Assembly: GCA_963727825.1 (NCBI GenBank)
Contig: CAVSHO010000010.1
Location: 1-64,000 of the forward strand
Length of the DNA stretch: 64,000 nt
Direction: 5' to 3'
Origin: Ignavibacteriota bacterium
GTDB lineage: Bacteria > Bacteroidota > Ignavibacteria > UBA10030
How positions within the stretch are numbered: position 1 is the first letter of the stretch; every line of letters starts with the position of its first letter. Below, in pieces: positions 1-9,562 of the stretch. The notes beneath the pieces were generated by a model that saw only the letters and a list, made by a program, of their open reading frames with translations, did not search any database and was not told where the DNA came from. Made by a program: the position numbers and the translations under genes.

Positions 1-899
1 TATCCAAGCGAATCTATTGTTGCATTTAGTGCTTTGTTGGAATACAGAACTTGCACTTGCCATTTATCTAATCCGATCGAAGCACCTATCCCCCGGAAAA
101 AAGAATTTTCGTCGGATGAAAGGTGCGGATGAATTCCGCCGCCATTTTTCCTTGCAGGTGCAATAACATCGTTTCCCTTTACAGACGCTGATGCATTCCA
201 AAAGATCAATCCTTCAGCGTCCTCCATCTGATAATCCCCAACTATGAAGCGCGCAGCGAGTGATGGCACGGAAAAGCTGGTGAAATAAGTTAATAAATTT
301 GTGAGGCTTCGTTCTCCGGGATCTTTTTCAGTCAACACGCCAACTTCCATATCAGAAATGATAGATGATAAAAACGGTTTATTTTCATCAAGCGAAAGAT
401 GAAATCGGTTAAGCACTTTTGCCGGCGAGCCCGGATACGCGCCATTGAGATATCCTTGCTGCTTTTCAATTTCTGTCGATGTCCTGCTGATAAAAGAGGC
501 GTTAATGTCTGAACTTTCATTTCTTTTTTCAATTCTTACAAACTTACGAATAAAGGAAAGAAACTCCGGTGTCACTCCTTCGATCCCTAAAAGTTCATCT
601 ATAGAAGTAAATCGTTTATGTTTGCGCCTATCAATAATACGGGATACAATAAGATTTGACATTGCCGGAATTCGATGCAGCTCTTCTGCTGAAGCCGTAT
701 TAAGATTAAGCGGATTGTCTTCAAGTATAATCGTTTCTTCAGCCGCAGTAGAATTTTCATCAGCTTGAATATTAGTCTCTAATATTTTTTCCCATTGAAT
801 GTCTTCCCATAAATCCGACGTATCTGCTGACGATAGCTCTTGCCCATTGGCAAGAGATACAACAGCAGTACTAAATAAGATAAATGCAAAAGTGCGCAT
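1..899 (-). CDS. Helix-hairpin-helix (ComEA-like) domain outer-membrane protein, partial (runs off the window start)
   Basis: Not in the ORF track; translated by hand from ATG at 899. It has a signal peptide (MRTFAFILFSTAVVSLANGQ), an HhH motif (NPLNLNTASAEELHRIP...RFTSIDELLGIEGV) and later EKDPGE, GDYQ and ENSFFRG motifs typical of FCB-group HhH-barrel proteins. Confidence 0.85.
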   Translation of the reverse strand, partial: MRTFAFILFSTAVVSLANGQELSSADTSDLWEDIQWEKILETNIQADENSTAAEETIILEDNPLNLNTASAEELHRIPAMSNLIVSRIIDRRKHKRFTSIDELLGIEGVTPEFLSFIRKFVRIEKRNESSDINASFISRTSTEIEKQQGYLNGAYPGSPAKVLNRFHLSLDENKPFLSSIISDMEVGVLTEKDPGERSLTNLLTYFTSFSVPSLAARFIVGDYQMEDAEGLIFWNASASVKGNDVIAPARKNGGGIHPHLSSDENSFFRGIGASIGLDKWQVQVLYSNKALNATIDSLG

Positions 900-968
900 A
901 GTTACTTACTGATGTTTTGCAATGGTTATTCTTTATTAAAGGATTATAGTCTTTTATATTTGTCCACC

Positions 969-1005
969 TCCCCTTTTTCCTCTCCTCAAATGAGGAAAAA
1001 GGGGA
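969..1005. repeat. Intergenic palindrome (REP-like hairpin)
   Basis: Perfect 14-bp inverted repeat TCCCCTTTTTCCTC / GAGGAAAAAGGGGA with a 9-nt loop. Confidence 0.7.
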
Positions 1006-1078
1006 TATGGAGTGGTGTTATTTGTTCTGTTACATTTCATATTCAAAAGCGCATAAAGATGATTTTCTGTAATATCAT

Positions 1079-1945
1079 TTATTTATCAAGCTTGAAAGAA
1101 AGTTCAATCTGATGAGTCCAGCCGAGATCAGGATGGCTGTAGCCTGCATATCCAAATTCATAAAACGAATATCTGACAGCAAACCCTAATGAATATTTGT
1201 CTGGATTATTTGCTACCCCTGCGCGGAATGCAATCACATCAAACACAATTTGCTCTATGCCCATTTTTATACTCGCAGGAAAACGAATATCCTTTTCCAT
1301 TTCAATTGATACTTTAAATTCGTTAAGGGGGGATAAGCAAGCTCCTAAGCTGCACACTTGCGGCATCTTCTCATCAGTTTTTCCAATAGTTGCACCGGTA
1401 ATGTTATTTATATCGAACCCAACATCGACGTTCTTCAACACACGAGCAATTATTCCTCCATTTATGGAAAAATTGCCGGCAGTGCCATATCGATCAATAT
1501 CTAGCCGTTGATATTGAAAACTTAATCCTCCTGAAATATTTCCATCAATTTTTGAGGCGACTGCCAGTCCAAATTCTGTTTCCTTATATAAATCGAAACC
1601 GAATTTCTCCACTTTAATTCCAATTGTCGCAAATGAAAAAGGCCTCGCTGCCGCAAGAGCTGTTGTCTGCAGTTCCTGTAATCCGAACTGTTGCGGAACA
1701 ATAAACGCAGAACATTGAAAGGCGGTCAAGCTAGCGAGGCCCGCCGGATTGTAGTTGATCGCCCAGCAATTATCTGACAGCGCTGTAAAGGCATTTGCCA
1801 TTCCAATCGCTTTTATGCCCAGTCCATTATTTTCTAATGCAAAAAGGTGTGGATAATTGGTGAGCAAGCAAGCGATAATTGCGTAACCTGACCTTTTTAC
1901 TTGCCGAGGCAGTAGAATTTGGGTATATTTTTTTAATCTAAACAT
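1079..1945 (-). CDS. PorV/PorQ/FadL-like outer-membrane beta-barrel protein
   Basis: GIKAIGMANAFTALSDNCWAINYNPAGLA N-terminal motif and alternating beta-strand pattern. The start is uncertain because it lies only 14 bp from the divergent gene. Confidence 0.75.
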   Translation of the reverse strand: MFRLKKYTQILLPRQVKRSGYAIIACLLTNYPHLFALENNGLGIKAIGMANAFTALSDNCWAINYNPAGLASLTAFQCSAFIVPQQFGLQELQTTALAAARPFSFATIGIKVEKFGFDLYKETEFGLAVASKIDGNISGGLSFQYQRLDIDRYGTAGNFSINGGIIARVLKNVDVGFDINNITGATIGKTDEKMPQVCSLGACLSPLNEFKVSIEMEKDIRFPASIKMGIEQIVFDVIAFRAGVANNPDKYSLGFAVRYSFYEFGYAGYSHPDLGWTHQIELSFKLDK

Positions 1946-1959
1946 GGAATGAGCCCCCT

Positions 1960-2871
1960 ATGAAAAATTTTGAAGCCGTAGCCCTACTTTTCACTCTCTT
2001 ATTAGTCGCGACACCTCTCCTTAATTCTCAAGAACTCAACTGCACTGTCACGATCAATATAGAATCTATCCAATCAGCTCAGCGCGGCTATTTGCGAACT
2101 TTCGCTCAGGATATTGAGCGTTATATGAATAACACACGCTTCACCAACGAAGACCTTGACGGAGAAAAAATCCAATGCAGTTTGGATATTTTTTTTACAT
2201 CGGCTACAAGCAACAATTATTATCAAGTACAGGTTGCCGTGTCAAGCCAGCGCCCAATTTATATCGGCGACGAAAAATCCGACCGCACAACACTCGTTAT
2301 GCGAATTATGGATAATAATTGGAACTTCACCTACACTCCTAACCAACGCATTAACCATGACGAAATGGTTTTTGATCCTTTGACAGGATTTCTTGATTTC
2401 TATGCGTATCTAATTATTGGATATGACCTGGAAACCTACGTCCCTATGTCCGGATCTCCCTGTTTTCAAAAAGCGTTAAATACAGTTCAACTTGCATCTA
2501 ACTCATCAGCAGCAAAAGATTGGCAGCAATCTTCTTCCGGATATAATAAGTTTGGTATTACAGATGAACTTTCTAATGTAAAGTTTAATGCCTTTCGCAC
2601 CGCATTTAACAATTATCATTTTGATGGCATTGATTTACTGGCAACAGACTCGAAAAAAGGGCTTGATAATATGCTCGCAGCTATCGCGTCAATCAATGAT
2701 ATTCGCCTTCATCAAAATTCTACTAGTGTCGTTGTGAAACAATTTTTTGATGCAAAGTACAAGGAAATTGCAGAAGCCTTCCAAGCTTACCCCGACCGCA
2801 GTGTGTATGAAACGCTATCCACGTACGATCAAGAACACCGGTCCACTTATCAAGAATGGAAAATGAAATAG
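1960..2871 (+). CDS. DUF4835 family secreted protein (T9SS-associated, PorD-like)
   Basis: Signal peptide followed by QELNCTVTIN, SSQRPIY and FYAYLIIGYD motifs. Confidence 0.85.
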   Translation: MKNFEAVALLFTLLLVATPLLNSQELNCTVTINIESIQSAQRGYLRTFAQDIERYMNNTRFTNEDLDGEKIQCSLDIFFTSATSNNYYQVQVAVSSQRPIYIGDEKSDRTTLVMRIMDNNWNFTYTPNQRINHDEMVFDPLTGFLDFYAYLIIGYDLETYVPMSGSPCFQKALNTVQLASNSSAAKDWQQSSSGYNKFGITDELSNVKFNAFRTAFNNYHFDGIDLLATDSKKGLDNMLAAIASINDIRLHQNSTSVVVKQFFDAKYKEIAEAFQAYPDRSVYETLSTYDQEHRSTYQEWKMK

Positions 2872-2881
2872 TAGTTCGCCG

Positions 2882-4996
2882 TCATTCCTGCACTAACTGA
2901 ATTGTCTTCATGATATCACCGACCTGAAGACAATCAACAATTTCCATTCCTTTTACTACTTTTGCAAAGATAGTGTAGCGTCCGTCAAGATGCGGCGTAG
3001 AAATATGAGTGATGAAGAACTGACTTCCCTCCGTATCCTTTCCGGCACTTGCCATGCCGCAGCTCCCACGCTCGTAATTAGCCGTTGATATTTCTGTACG
3101 CATTTGATATCCTGGACCACCCCAGCCATCGCCTCGAGGATCGCCTCCTTGGACTACAAAATCCGGCACTACACGGTGAAAACACAAACCGTTATAGAAT
3201 TCCTTCTTGATCAACTTCACAAAATTCAATACCGTGAATGGTGCTTGCTCTTTCATCAACTCAAGTATAATTTCACCACGATTGGTTACGATGCGAACGC
3301 GTTGGTTCGGTTTGACACTTTCAAGAATATCCCAATCTTCTTCAGTTCTGCTTGTAATCGTTCGATGAGGCAATCTGTTTGAATAATCATTACCTGTGAT
3401 ACGGCGCAAAGATGCGGCGGCTTCATCGGCGACCGATCGTTCTGAGTCCGATAATTCTTTTTCTAAAAATGGAACAGCATGCACGCTGTTCATATTTCCT
3501 AATGCTTGAAGTATTGCCTGCTTCGCTTCTAAATCATCATTATGAGTAAGATTTCCAAATGCAGAGATAAATTCATAAATAATCTGGTCAGTAAGCCCGG
3601 CATCCTTAAAATTACTAAATACCATCGTATCGGCAAACATATTGGCGACAATAGACGTGATTCCTATATCATTTTTTGCCAGTGCACTTTTTGCCTCCTT
3701 AAAAATATCTTTTAGTAAATATTTACTTTCATTTGAATCGAGATCAAGTTTATTTTTAACTGCCGGATTGAGCATTGGTCTAATAAAATCCCAAGCCGCC
3801 ATTGCAACGCGATTCGATTCGTGATTAAGATTATGACGAAGTATCGTGAGATGTTCCTTAGTTATTTGTTGCGCGATTCCTTCCAGCAGTTTAGCCTTCA
3901 GCCGCGAAGCGACTTGACTACTGGCAAGCCAAGTATAAAACGACTCAAGTTCTTTTGGAAAATGTTTTCCCAGCGCAACAAGTGCCTCTCCACGCACAGC
4001 CTCATTTTCATTACTATCATTTGCAAGACCGTGCAACGTTGATCGCACAGAATCGAATAAATCTGATTGCTCAACAAGCGGAAACGGCGAGATGCTAAAT
4101 GCTTGCAGAGCGACAATTTTGATGTGATTATTCTTCATTGAAAAATATTCAAGATATTTCGACAGCATGTTGTCAGTCGTTTTAGAAAGAGCCGCGCATG
4201 CGCGAACTATTTGAACCCACACATGCCAATCATTAAATTTCTTCTCTGTATTTTCAAGAGTATCTAAGATTTCTTGCGAATCTTTCGATTTCGATCTTCC
4301 GAGCAGCGTCGCCAGATGCATTCGAATACCTGGATTATTATTTTCAGCCAACGAAATTAGTTCTTCGCTGTGTTTCGATATTTCCAGATCAATTAATCCG
4401 TTTGGCGCTGATCTCCAAAGAGCAAATAGCGCAGCGGAGCACACTTCCGGTGAATTGCTGCTTGCATACTCGAAGCATTTCCAAATAGACCGCTCTGTTC
4501 TAATTTGACGAATTGCAAACCGTTCGATACACATTGCAAATTCTTTTTGAGGAAGTCTTATCAAATCCAGTTCATTGAGAGCAAGAAGCGAATCCAGGAA
4601 TTTGGGAGAGCCGCATTTACCTATCGCCTCTAATATTCTTGCAATGACTTTTGCATCCTTTTCGGACGAGATTGCAGAAAGCAATTTACCGGCTGATCTC
4701 TCTGTTCTAATTTGTCCCAATGCAAGCGCTGAAGCTGCGCGGACTTCTCTGTCATTATCTCCTAATGATATTGCAAGTTCTTCAACTGTTGAAGAATCCT
4801 GCAGGTTTGCAAGTGCAATCGCAGCACGATATCGTAGTTGAACATTTTGATCTTTTAGATAGGAAGTAAGTTTTCCACTGCCTAAAGAGCGTTGATCTTG
4901 CAGTTGAAGAATTTCACGTTCACTCGGAGAAATCGGTTGTGCGTTTTGAGGAGAATAAAAAAATAATACAAGAATAATCAATGCTAATTTCTTCAC
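2882..4996 (-). CDS. Secreted HEAT-repeat protein fused to a cyclophilin-type peptidyl-prolyl isomerase
   Basis: Signal peptide, HEAT repeats (VRAASALALGQI) and a C-terminal cyclophilin domain (FHRVVPDFVVQGGDP, GSQFFITH, HLDGRYTIFAKV). Confidence 0.9.
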   Translation of the reverse strand: MKKLALIILVLFFYSPQNAQPISPSEREILQLQDQRSLGSGKLTSYLKDQNVQLRYRAAIALANLQDSSTVEELAISLGDNDREVRAASALALGQIRTERSAGKLLSAISSEKDAKVIARILEAIGKCGSPKFLDSLLALNELDLIRLPQKEFAMCIERFAIRQIRTERSIWKCFEYASSNSPEVCSAALFALWRSAPNGLIDLEISKHSEELISLAENNNPGIRMHLATLLGRSKSKDSQEILDTLENTEKKFNDWHVWVQIVRACAALSKTTDNMLSKYLEYFSMKNNHIKIVALQAFSISPFPLVEQSDLFDSVRSTLHGLANDSNENEAVRGEALVALGKHFPKELESFYTWLASSQVASRLKAKLLEGIAQQITKEHLTILRHNLNHESNRVAMAAWDFIRPMLNPAVKNKLDLDSNESKYLLKDIFKEAKSALAKNDIGITSIVANMFADTMVFSNFKDAGLTDQIIYEFISAFGNLTHNDDLEAKQAILQALGNMNSVHAVPFLEKELSDSERSVADEAAASLRRITGNDYSNRLPHRTITSRTEEDWDILESVKPNQRVRIVTNRGEIILELMKEQAPFTVLNFVKLIKKEFYNGLCFHRVVPDFVVQGGDPRGDGWGGPGYQMRTEISTANYERGSCGMASAGKDTEGSQFFITHISTPHLDGRYTIFAKVVKGMEIVDCLQVGDIMKTIQLVQE

Positions 4997-5850
4997 AATC
5001 TTTTTTCCTGGTTTAAACTCATGGTATCCAATTCTAAACGACTAAGTCCAAACAAACGAACAGAATTCTTTGTTGTAATACGAGCCACTTCTTCTTCAGA
5101 AATACCAAGCGCCTCAGCTATCTTACGTCCAATCAACACTATGTTCGCCGGCTCATTTCTTTTTCCACGCAATGGGACTGGCGTCATATATGGAGAATCC
5201 GTTTCGAGTAAGATGTTAATAATTCCAATATGCTTCAGTAATTCAATACTATTTGATTTCTTGAATGTAACAATACCGGGGTATGAAATGAAAAAACCAA
5301 GTCCGTATACATAAGCTGCTTGTTCTGCTGTTCCCGGAAAACAATGAAATACTCCGCGCATCGGTTCTTTGCCGCTCTCTTTCCAATTTGGATTTGTATT
5401 TACAATCTGTTCTACGATAGAGAAAGTATCTTCAGTTGATTCGCGCATATGCACAACAACCGGCAAGTTTTTTCTTACAGCAATTCCTATTTGTTTTTCA
5501 AAGAATTTTTTCTGAAGCTCTCTTGGCGAGAAATCATAATGATAATCCAATCCTATTTCACCAACAGCGACTACTTTCCTATGATCGCAAAGTTTTTCGA
5601 TCTCCGCTAAATCCTGAGAGGCTGCTTTTGATACTTCGTGCGGATGGATACCCACGCATGCAAAAATATTTTCGTGTGTATCAGCAAGCATCACAGCTTC
5701 CCGACTGGACTTCAGATCCGTTCCCGGAACAACAATAACGTCTATTCCGGCTTCTCTTGCACGCAAGAGTACGTCATCAATGTCATTAGCATAATCTGCA
5801 AAGAAAAGATGGGCATGAGAATCGATGTAGCGTGGTATCATAGTTTGCAT
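4993..5850 (-). CDS. tatD: TatD family DNase
   Basis: DSHAH, GIHPH, GEIGLDY, HCF and LETDSPY motifs. Confidence 0.95.
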   Translation of the reverse strand: MQTMIPRYIDSHAHLFFADYANDIDDVLLRAREAGIDVIVVPGTDLKSSREAVMLADTHENIFACVGIHPHEVSKAASQDLAEIEKLCDHRKVVAVGEIGLDYHYDFSPRELQKKFFEKQIGIAVRKNLPVVVHMRESTEDTFSIVEQIVNTNPNWKESGKEPMRGVFHCFPGTAEQAAYVYGLGFFISYPGIVTFKKSNSIELLKHIGIINILLETDSPYMTPVPLRGKRNEPANIVLIGRKIAEALGISEEEVARITTKNSVRLFGLSRLELDTMSLNQEKRL

Positions 5851-5934
5851 CCGCTCGGCAGTCCTCTAATGAAATAATACGTTAATCTTTTATTTTATTC
5901 AAGATACTTCTTCAGTTTAGTAACGCGGTTAATC

Positions 5935-5963
5935 TTGGAATTCTTAGCTCTCTTGTGTATATT
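5935..5963 (+). promoter_or_regulatory. Putative primary-sigma promoter for menG
   Basis: TTGGAA-N17-TATATT. Confidence 0.45.
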
Positions 5964-6069
5964 TTAGGTAATAGATACCTATAGGCCGACGAGTAAATGA
6001 ATCTTAAAGCCGATAATTCTATAAGCAGATGAGTGATTAACTCATAGGCTTATTGGCTCAATCTTATAA

Positions 6070-6804
6070 TTGCAGATGACAAATTATCATTTATCCAGTC
6101 GGCAGGTATATGAACAAACGTTTGTGCGCTCGCTGTTCGATTCAATTGCACCTCGGTACGATTTTCTTAATCATACGCTGAGTACGGGTATTGATATTAT
6201 TTGGCGGCAAAGAGCAATTAGGCTGCTTCAACCGATTCGACCGAAACAGATTCTTGATGCAGCCACGGGCACTGCCGACCTTGCTATTGAAGCAGTGCAG
6301 TTAAATCCTGAACATATTGTCGGCATCGATATTTCGCCCAAAATGCTTGAAATAGGCCGCAATAAAATTAGATCTCGGAATCTGGAACAACTTATCACGC
6401 TTGAGTCCGGTGAAGCGGAACATATGCGTTTCGAGTCAGGTTCATTTGATGTAGTGATGGCGGCATTCGGTGTAAGAAATTTTACGAATCTTGAACTTGG
6501 ATTGAAAGAATTTTATCGTGTTCTACGCATAGGCGGAGGCGCAATGATCTTAGAATTTTCAAAACCAAGACGATTTCCGATAAAGCAAATGTTTCACATA
6601 TATTTACGCTACATCCCCCCATTGCTTGGAGGAATCGTTTCAAACAATCGTTCGGCATACGAATATCTCCCAAGCACAATATGGGAGTTTCCTGATGGAG
6701 AGGATTTTTGTGGTATAATGCGTTCTGCGGGATTCGCAACTGCGACATGTTTCCCACAGACATTCGGTATCGCTTCCATCTATATTGCAAAGAAAGAATC
6801 GTAA
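6070..6804 (+). CDS. menG: Demethylmenaquinone methyltransferase (MenG/UbiE)
   Basis: FDSIAPRYDFLNH, LDAATGTAD, FGVRN and ILEFSKP motifs. Confidence 0.93.
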   Translation: MQMTNYHLSSRQVYEQTFVRSLFDSIAPRYDFLNHTLSTGIDIIWRQRAIRLLQPIRPKQILDAATGTADLAIEAVQLNPEHIVGIDISPKMLEIGRNKIRSRNLEQLITLESGEAEHMRFESGSFDVVMAAFGVRNFTNLELGLKEFYRVLRIGGGAMILEFSKPRRFPIKQMFHIYLRYIPPLLGGIVSNNRSAYEYLPSTIWEFPDGEDFCGIMRSAGFATATCFPQTFGIASIYIAKKES

Positions 6805-6902
6805 TCCAAATAATATTTGTCCCTATTGGCAATATTTAATTATTTTGATAAATATTTGTATATGATAAAACAACTTTTCATCATTATTGACTTACAATTG
6901 AT

Positions 6903-7826
6903 TTGATTGGTCTATTTAAAATATTTGATGCTCACGTTCACTTCTACTCGAATGCTTTTTTCAAGTTCTTAGTGAAGCAAAAGCCTAATCGCGCAGACAT
7001 CAATGCTGAGCTGAGGAATATAGCTTCGAAAGGACACATCGAAATCCCCGGTGAAGATCCTGAGCAACTTGCCAAGCGCTGGATTGATATTATCGATAAA
7101 TGGAAGTTAGAACGACTGATGCTTTTCAGCAGTATCCCCGGAGATGAAGAATCGATCATAAAAGCAATTAAGGTGTTCCCCTCTCGCTTTTCGGGGATGT
7201 TTGTGGTCGATCCAAATTCTAATATGTTGATGGAGAATGCCACAAAGCGGATGCAGGAAAACAAATTAAAAGGAGTATTGCTCTACCCTTCGCTTTATCA
7301 AATTAATGTCACCGATGAGTGGCTCTATCCTCTCTACAACCTCATTCAGGAATGTAGCGGCATTATTTTTGTACATTTTGGCAAATTGATTATGCGTCCA
7401 CGAGAGTACACCGGCATCCCTACAATAACGAACGATGAGTTCGCTAATCCTAAAGATTTGATACCAGTAGCAAAGAAATTTACCGGTATTAAATTTATCA
7501 TTCCGAATTTTGGCTCCGGAATGTTTGAAGAGACTTTAGAAGTTGGGAAAGAATGTCCGAATGTTTATGTTGATACAGCCGGATCAAATTCCTGGATTAC
7601 CGAGCATCCGACAAAACCTGATATGCGCCGTGTGTTTCAAAAATTCTTAGAAGTTTATACTGCAAAGAGAATCTTATTTGGATCAGCTTCAGGTCTGCTG
7701 CCGCGCGGTTACCGCTACGACATTGTAGATAATCAACTCAAATTGGTCCAGGAAATGCGTGTTCCGATACTTGACATTAAGAAAATATTCTACGAGAATA
7801 TGGCGGGATTGGTGGACGGTATGTAA
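6903..7826 (+). CDS. Amidohydrolase_2 family protein with a degenerate active site
   Basis: DAHVH and VHFG are retained, along with NVYVDT. PNFG and FGSA stand where pHfG and FGSD are expected. Confidence 0.8.
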   Translation: MIGLFKIFDAHVHFYSNAFFKFLVKQKPNRADINAELRNIASKGHIEIPGEDPEQLAKRWIDIIDKWKLERLMLFSSIPGDEESIIKAIKVFPSRFSGMFVVDPNSNMLMENATKRMQENKLKGVLLYPSLYQINVTDEWLYPLYNLIQECSGIIFVHFGKLIMRPREYTGIPTITNDEFANPKDLIPVAKKFTGIKFIIPNFGSGMFEETLEVGKECPNVYVDTAGSNSWITEHPTKPDMRRVFQKFLEVYTAKRILFGSASGLLPRGYRYDIVDNQLKLVQEMRVPILDIKKIFYENMAGLVDGM

Positions 7827-7899
7827 GAATTTTATGTAATCAACTACTAGTTGGGTTTCTTCGGAAATATAATTTCTAAGTCGTTAATTCTCTTTTACA

Positions 7900-8442
7900 T
7901 TACCAACCCATCCGCTTACGATGTTCGCTTATTTGAGCAGTATGATGCCGGGCATGCCACAAATATTGCTGAAGTAAGAAATCGATTGTTAAAACACCAT
8001 ACCGAATATGCCGCCATTGTCTATCGAAGGAATCCGGGCTAAGCGATTCAAATGCATTTGCCCAACGATTACGGATTGCTTCGAACAGAGTCAGTGACAA
8101 ATCAATTGATGGAGATTTTGCATCGGGCAATTCTGCCCACAATGCTTGTTCTGCCACCATCACATCCGGTACATCTAATGTAAGTGCGTATTTAAGTCGA
8201 GGATATGCATTAACATCTGATTCAACGAGATGATGAACAACCTGGGCAAGAGTCCAACCACCAGGACGATATGTGCTGAGGAGTTGATTTTCAGTAAGAT
8301 TATTAACGGCATTATATAAAAACTTCGGAGCGGTCTTAAACTGACGAATTTGTTCAACTCGAAGTTCAGGTGTTGACTGGACAAACTTAAACCTACCGAT
8401 TGGATATTTTAATTCTTCTTCTGTTGGCATATTTTGAATCAT
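7900..8442 (-). CDS. YfiT/BstA family (DinB superfamily) bacillithiol transferase
   Basis: LKYPIGRF, YRPGGWTLAQVVHHL and YLWHARHHTAQI motifs. Confidence 0.88.
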   Translation of the reverse strand: MIQNMPTEEELKYPIGRFKFVQSTPELRVEQIRQFKTAPKFLYNAVNNLTENQLLSTYRPGGWTLAQVVHHLVESDVNAYPRLKYALTLDVPDVMVAEQALWAELPDAKSPSIDLSLTLFEAIRNRWANAFESLSPDSFDRQWRHIRYGVLTIDFLLQQYLWHARHHTAQISEHRKRMGW

Positions 8443-8539
8443 CTTAGTGATACTGTAATTTCATTACCTTGGGTATAATTCTGAGTACTTGATTTAACCA
8501 TACGGTGTATTTGACCTGTCCCAGTACCAAATACTTTTT

Positions 8540-8945
8540 TCACTTCTCTTTGTGCAAATATCTCTCTTTCGGTTCAAATTCATTAGGCCATATATAGCCA
8601 GATTCTTTTTTCTCTAGAATTCCAATTCCATCTATTGCTGTGAGGTCAATGGGTCCGTAAATGTGGGGAAATATCTGCGAACTTGATAAATGTGATGTAT
8701 TGATACCTTTTTCTGATTTTGCACCTTCATATTTAACTTGTGACTTAAGGATCAGAGGTTCAATTCGAAGTAGCAGTAACTCCTCTTTAATATTTCCATA
8801 ATAATCATTTGCGACAGGGATAACTGAGGATTCAAGTGAACAATGGACAAATCCATCATCCTTCAAATTGCTCGAAATATATTTTATCCCATCAATGCAA
8901 GATTGAAACTCTTTTGTTATTCACAATATGGTAAATAATAATAAT
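8540..8945 (-). pseudogene. DUF952 family gene, frameshifted near the 5' end
   Basis: The body has DGFVHCS, LLLLRI, VKYE and FPHIYGPI. The family N-terminal IYHI motif (8922-8945) is in another frame, with one extra base at 8912-8921, and begins with ATT rather than ATG. Confidence 0.7.
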
Positions 8946-8974
8946 TTTCTCTCAACAAATTATCCTTCTATGGA

Positions 8975-9102
8975 TGGGGGCTCCGCTAAAAAGATGGCGA
9001 ACAAGTAAGTCCAGATTCGATCTTCGATCGAATCGAGGATCCCGTACATCGGGACTTAACATACTCGGCTTTCAACTGTCAGCCTGAAGTTGCTAATTAG
9101 GC
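8975..9102 (-). other. Degenerate attC-like recombination site with internal hairpins
   Basis: GCCTAATTAGCAACTTCAGGCTGAC starts about 10 nt after the stop of the upstream gene. Nested inverted repeats lie at 9006-9058 and a decayed right arm TTAGCGGAGCCCC follows. Confidence 0.4.
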
Positions 9103-9111
9103 AGCACATTG

Positions 9112-9528
9112 TTATTTATGATTTTCTCGCACTTCTTCTAATTCCATCATTGTTCGCCATACTGCAACCCACTTATCAGAAATATATTGGAATATCCAAA
9201 GATCTCTACCCTTTGATCGTTCCTGATACTTCGCTCGTTCATAAAGCATCTCGAATTGGAAACTCACTACTGCACAATCTCCGATCACGTTTACTTGTTC
9301 GTTACTTTCCTGATATTCAAGGACTCGTGCATTTGCACAAAATTCAACAAAACTTGCGAGAAGTGCATCGCGCCCCACTACTTCGCCTGAAAATCCAGGA
9401 AACTTCATGACGACATCGGGATGTAAATATTGAGACATTTCAAAAGGAGTATTGGATCGCCATGCTTGATTTATGACAGAAAGCACTTGATGCACCTTGA
9501 GTTTTGAGTCTTCTATTTTACTTTCCAT
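9112..9528 (-). CDS. NTF2-like / DUF4440 (SnoaL-like) protein
   Basis: INQAW...LHPDVVM...VGRDA...GDCAVV...GRDLWIF...WVAVWR pattern. Confidence 0.8.
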   Translation of the reverse strand: MESKIEDSKLKVHQVLSVINQAWRSNTPFEMSQYLHPDVVMKFPGFSGEVVGRDALLASFVEFCANARVLEYQESNEQVNVIGDCAVVSFQFEMLYERAKYQERSKGRDLWIFQYISDKWVAVWRTMMELEEVRENHK

Positions 9529-9562
9529 TGTAGTAAGTTTTTATTGCTAACCTAACATGTGC

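Noticed and set aside
6021-6053. Hairpin ATAAGC..ATGAGT/ACTCAT..GCTTAT in the menG leader as a riboswitch
   Set aside because: It is short and AT-rich with no known aptamer features, so it could be chance.
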